DNA of 41,578 nt, taken from positions 62,001 through 103,578 of the forward strand of contig KZ538196.1 in NCBI GenBank assembly GCA_000934665.2, written 5' to 3'. Position 1 is the first letter of the stretch. Each line of letters starts with the position of its first letter. Shown in pieces: positions 35,789 through 41,578 of this stretch. A program made the translations under genes and the position numbers. This DNA is from Catajapyx aquilonaris (lineage: Eukaryota). The notes under the pieces are model-generated. The model had not been told where the DNA came from. It did not search any database and was given only the letters and a program-made list of their open reading frames with translations.

Positions 35789-38700
35789 GGGGGGGGGGGG
35801 TATTATGACCATGGAGGACGCACACGCAACAACCGAGCCCAGGAACAATGCATGGCAGTACAGAAATTTACGACGTGGGAAGGCTGTAATAAGCTGTAAC
35901 CTTTTTGCAAGGACACGGAGAGAGGACATGAAATATGTTTTAACAGCGCTCGTATAATTCTTGCAAATGGATGTTGCGTTTACAGCTGCGCAAAGATATG
36001 GACCGATAAATCATTCATCAGTTGGACCTCCCATAAAAGGCGCTCTTACGATACATTCCGCTGAATTCGACTGGGGGAGCTCCCCGATGATGCGATTGTT
36101 GCCAGACCATTATTGGCGCGGAATTTTGGCAACGCTTCCCAACCCCTTGATGGACTAATTGGTAGGACAGAAGAATGGGAAGGGACCAAACACACGCGCT
36201 ACAGTCATTCATTCGTAAGCCTTGAGGCCATTTGTCATATGCCCATTTGAAATTAAACGTGTGTTACGTTCAATTAGAAGCTAAGTACACAATAGTATAT
36301 AGAATTGACTGTGCCTCTGTCCGCCACATATGGTTGTGCGTGCACAATGCCACTGAATCTGTCGCATCACCCGGACCGTGACCCGTGGGCTGCCAAAATA
36401 TACCCGGACTCTAGTTGCACGCCCGGATTCCTCTGAAAATGCCCCAAATCTGGCTCATGGAGCGTAATCCGCCGCCCACAGTCGTCACAAAAATGAAAAA
36501 AAACGGAGCATGAAACAATGTTCGCTTGTCAAAGTTGTTGCCGTACATTTTGTGTGTTGCAAGCTTATGCTGACGTAATGGATGCAAATTGGACCGAATT
36601 AGGCCCAACATTCGTTGCGGTGCCAAAGAGGGGCCTTGACTGCCGGTTATTGCAGGCATAATACTCTTTCCCCTTGCACCCACACCGCTCATTGCATCCT
36701 TTATGGAAAAGGGGGGGGGGGTTATGCAGATCTACATTGCGGGTAATGCTCACAAACGGGGCTGGAGAAAAAAAAAAGTGGCAACCTCGGAAATAATCGT
36801 GTGGCGTCACAGAACTTGGGTAAATTGATTCGCGATCACTACTTTTTGAGAGATGTAATTCCTGCAATTTCCCCCCACGTGATGAAGGCCCCCCTTTTTT
36901 TTTGAACAATATCGCGTGATCGGAGACTTTGTTGAACTTGATGTCCCAGTTGTGACCTTGTGTCGTATATTTTTAAACAGATAGGGTCGAATTTTTTGGA
37001 GTCATGGCGTTTTGCACCACCCTGTACAAAAGGAAGCTGAAATAAAACGGAATGAATTTTTCAGCAAGCGTTATTGAGCGGGAACGTTGAATATAACATG
37101 CTGTAACACAATAGTCACTCCCAGACATATACAGTACAGGGGGGTCCAAAAGGTGCTGCAGAACTTACTATATAGGTAACTGTATGTTCAGGATAAATTT
37201 ACATCAGTTTACAATACTTGTGCCAACAACCATCCTGCAGGTAATGCCTCGTGCTAAATTTTTGTTTAAAAAAATGGCAAGTGCAAATATCTCAAGCTTG
37301 TGGAAGAGGAGGAAGAGCGGTCCGTAGTGAAAGCCTCTTCTAATGGAATTTCTCACGCTCTTGTGTTTGCAACCAACTTCCTTGCGACAAGCATAAAAGA
37401 TTTAATTACGGAATATTGATCGCTTTGGAGTTGAAAGTGGGGTAGGAGAGGAGAGAGGGAGAGGGGAGGAGGAGGAGGAACGTGTTAAATGTCAATTGAC
37501 TCTGTGCAAAGTTTCGCATAGTGGAAAAATATTTAGCTTCGATGCAACCAGGGACTGAATTTTCGCCAAAGGAAAGGTGTGACTCTCAATGCGACTGTTT
37601 TCAAGTGTATTTTTTTTTTGGTAATTAACGTCCTGAATTGGTATGAAATTTTGACACTTTTTAAGCAGAATTGCACAAGGAAAAATCAATTTAACATGCG
37701 CAATTTGTGGGCCAGTTGTGACTATAAGGCATGATTGAAAGCTCTAAAATGTACTAAGAATGTCAAAACCAGCACATTTTGTTACGTTAAATTTCGCATT
37801 GAAACGATGCAAAAAAAATTCGCACAAATGTTTCCTGATTAATATTTTAAAGCTACTTTTTGCAACCTAAGAATATGGCCGGGAATCAGAACTGCAGCAC
37901 ATCATAGATTATGTTTATATTATATCCATTTTATTCATTATTTGTCATTAAATCTATTATGTTAGATACAATTCAATTCACTTTATTATATATGCAAATT
38001 TACTTATTATATTAGCTCTAATTTGCTTATTATATTATATGCGATTTACAGTAGCTTATGTGCAAATTTATTAATTACATTTTATTAGTAAATAAAATTA
38101 CAGAAAATATAAACATAAGTTGCATTAAAATTTGCCCATGAGCTCAATCGTACACCGTATGACAAATGATTTGCATACAATATGATAATGACGTGCATGC
38201 AATATGACAATAAATTGCATATAATATAATAAGCAAATTTGCATATGATAAAATTTTATGCAATTTATGTGTATATTTTCTATAATTTTATTTACTAATG
38301 AATTATCGTCATTATTTATTATCCCCACTTTTCCACATGGTTATACAGCATTGTACATTTTTCTGCATTCACCAAGTCAGACTATTGCGACATTTAATCC
38401 TAAGAAAAATACAGTATCTACATCTGCAGTTTTTTTTTTGCGAAATCCAACCCCCAGGTGCATATATGCACTGACTTTCGCAAAAAAAAAATACTGTCGA
38501 TTTTTCATTGGAAGGCAACGCCATTTTTTGATGGAGGGAAGGCTATCAAAGCAGCTGCATTGCAGATACATGTCGTTCGTGCACAAGGAAGAGAAGTAAG
38601 CAATGGCAGGGCTTTTGCAATTTTCTCTCAAAAACCGTGGAGCGGACCCCTCCCCAACTCTATAGGATGGGATGGGATGGGTGGGGGGATTGGGAGGGTG

Positions 38701-40865
38701 GGGATCTTCGTTAGCTGCAACAACAAACATGGCTTCCTGCAGGCGATAAAAGACTAGGCCTGCAGGCCCAAAGTGGAATATATGGGACGCTACGTGCTGC
38801 TGACATTGGAAACCAGGGGGCCTCCCAACAGATTGGACGCGAAAGAATGAAAAAAAAAGAGAGAAAGAGCACAACAATGGTGTAGACGTGGACCGAAAGT
38901 TTATTGCCTCTTTCGTTGATTTAAGCCCCACAATTTTTATTACCATCTCACATATAGATGGCGCATCACTATCAGGGTCGTGCTGGGAGTGGTACTACAT
39001 GATGACTCACCCTGGACAAACTCCAGCCAATTATACTGAAAAACGAATAGAGTCCTCCCAATCAGCAAACTATGCAGAGGAGTGTGTTTTAGGCCGGCCA
39101 CAAACAGCAGGCTTGTAGCAATTTATAGGCCTGCTCTGGTAAAGGGGTAGAGAGAGAGGGATGCGGGTGAAAAGGGCCTTGTTTTACGGCTTTTAGCCCA
39201 ATCCAACAGGGCCGTAAAGTGCTGCTGCCCTTTGGAATAGTAATAGGCCGATTCTAGCGCTAATGTTAAGTTGTGACGCTGCAGAAGTTTCTGCCCCCCC
39301 CCCCCCCCNAATTGTGTGAAAAAAGAATCCGGACAAAACACGACAGCAAATTTAAATGGCTCATTTTACATCATATTCATATATTAACTATTCTGGAATT
39401 AGGGGATTTTTTTTAAAAAAAAATAGGGTCGTTAGCAGATCCTTGGGCGTACGGCGCATATTTTTAAGGAAGTAGGTTACATTTAGGTACTAAAAGGTGC
39501 TAACGCCGAGGAGAAATGTAGAATACTGATTTCTTTTCTACTCAGCTATCCTAACAAAGTTCGCAGGGGAGTTTGTACTTTATGAGTGAGGAGAATGTTG
39601 CATGATTAAAACCGGTGAGCTAATGAATGAGAGAGAGAGAGAGAGAGAAACTTTTTAATTAAGATGTCACTCATTAGTTTCCTTGTTAAGCTACGGGGAG
39701 AAGCTTTCGTAAGAAGGGAGGGGGGGGGGGACAAACAATAAGGGTTTAATGAATATGAACGGGCACAGAGAAGTGCGACCTTGTTATGAAACGAGGGCCT
39801 TGGGAATAGTTCGACAATAAATCCAATTCCGTCCGGGCTTAAATAATGCATGGAAGACACTCATTATTGACTGATTGCTCTACAAGTACCGAGGGGGGTG
39901 TATCAATTACGCTCATCTAATATTTTTATTTACAATTTGCGTACACACATTAACCGGCATATAATATCTACAAATTAATATCTTGCATATACTACATGGT
40001 GTTCCAGATTCGTTGGTCACTTTTTGATAACTGATATCGCCTGATAGAATTTATTTATTTTTGTAGGCTTGTTGTGCCCCCTAACCATGTGTCCCATTCT
40101 ATAACTAATGCGATATTTGACCCACTGAGGGTCGAATAGCAGGTGCTATAGAATGAAACCACACATGAGACAGCCTGGTTTTGATAATGACCTACTCATA
40201 ATATTTTGTGTGCTGCACATGTTTAGGAAGATCCTCTTCTGGGTTTTCCTTCCCATACTAAAAATGTATCCTCCAGAGAGAGAGAAAAAAAGCGCACGGT
40301 ATCATAACCATATGAGAGCCTGGTCGAGTATAAGGTTAGTGTCCCCGCGAAAAAGGTTGCCAGGTGCGGCAGATGGGAACGAGCATTTTTCCCCTGAGCT
40401 GGCAAAGGGACCGAAAGGGGGGGGGGGTGGGGGCGAATATAGAAGGGGGGGCCGTCGCCTCTCTCTCTCCCTCTCTAGCTCTCTTTTCTCTGACTCGCCC
40501 CCCACTATCCGCCGGCTTTTATGGCCCGCCCCTTTGCTGCAGTGGGCTGCGGGATCGAATCCCCCCCCCTCCCCCCCAGTAAATGGTGCCCCCCATACCA
40601 TCCCCCCCCCTCAATAAACCCCCCCCCCCTCCATTTCCACGGGGCTCTCACCAGCTAGCACACGGTCAGAGGGACATTTAAATGATGGCAGGCCGATTGG
40701 ACACCGGTCAGGAGATCGGGAGGTGGCAACACTGTGCGCCAAAACTTGCGTGTGAAATGGCCTGTTGCGCATGATGGCTCGGTTATTCAAAGTTTACAAA
40801 AAAAAATTGAGTGGTTTTAATTTTTTTGTTTTGTTGCTACGTTTGAAATAAACTTATGTTCAGTT

Positions 40866-40970
40866 TAAAGACAATAGGTGGAATTTTCGTCCCGCTGCTA
40901 GACTAACTTAGCAGTACTGCTCAGTTAGCAATGTCTAGCAGTGGGACGAAAATTCGACCCTGTTACTCTA
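40866..40970. mobile_element. ~105-bp palindromic MITE-like hairpin
   Basis: gaattttcgtcccgctgctagac / gtctagcagtgggacgaaaattc around the central palindrome gcagtactgc. Confidence 0.75.
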
Positions 40971-41578
40971 GTGTGCAGTATGTTGAGAAAAGTTCTGCGT
41001 ATGAATGGTGGAGGTTCCTCTAAATGGCATTGTAGCCCCCAAACAAACAAACAAACATACAAGCAAGTAAAAATACAATAATGAAAATGAATGAATATTC
41101 TGGAAGTAACAACCTCTTCTGCAGCATATGAAGTTTTTAATAATGGCCTCAATATAGACTCAATCAAATTATGGTATCTCTTTCTCGAACCGTTTTCACG
41201 AGCAGTTAAGAACTGACTGCGATTTGAATGAGTTTATGTCACAGAAAAAACTACAGTGAGTTCTTAATGATAAGTTAAATAGTTAGAGAGAACGGATGTA
41301 CCTTATTTTTGTGGTTCCGATAAATATATATTTTTCTTTTTTGATCTGGTCGATCGGAGACATACAGGGTGTTTCAACTTTTTTGTCCGAACAGTTATCG
41401 GAAATATTGCGCTATAAGCTGCTACTTTATAAGCAGTGAAACCTGTTTGTCGGAGGAATGGGGAATATTCCCTGCGAATCTTCCCTTACCGAAATTTAAC
41501 CTAGCCGCGAGCTTGCCGCTAGGTCGCCAGAAGCTGGCGAGCTCGCCTCAGGATAGCCGCCACGTCGCGGGACCTCGC

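Noticed and set aside
40549..40570. B-box-like gggatcgaatccc suggesting a tRNA or SINE (also gggtttgactcc near 8937)
   Set aside because: No A-box at proper spacing and no cloverleaf.
38258..40617. ORFs of 100-189 aa in the distal region
   Set aside because: Low-complexity translations driven by homopolymers and GA repeats; no motifs or exon-like boundaries recognised.

Overview
Eukaryotic genomic DNA, very probably arthropod, with short GT-AG introns and two N gaps. Bases 1-19.4 kb carry three intron-containing genes on the + strand, all reconstructed exon by exon with consistent splice phases. (1) A 5'-truncated Relish/NF-kB p105-class gene (15 exons, 258-8635): Rel homology domain, NLS, caspase-type LQID site, six ankyrin repeats, a DSG motif and a C-terminal death domain. 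(2, 3) Two tandem, apparently cytosolic ALDH1/2-family aldehyde dehydrogenases (11293-14907, 490 aa; 16511-19239, 487 aa). They differ reciprocally in intron content and in substrate-channel residues. The remaining ~22 kb has no recognisable coding exon and consists of MITEs (TA, TTAA and 8-bp TSD classes), minisatellites and GA/poly-G tracts. The most interesting signals are: an open read-through past a Relish splice donor that would encode an ankyrin-less isoform with its own basic, SUMO-site-rich tail; a duplicated minisatellite built from RFX X-box-like 14-mers upstream of the first ALDH; and a GC-AG intron. No novel system is demonstrated; these are testable hypotheses.
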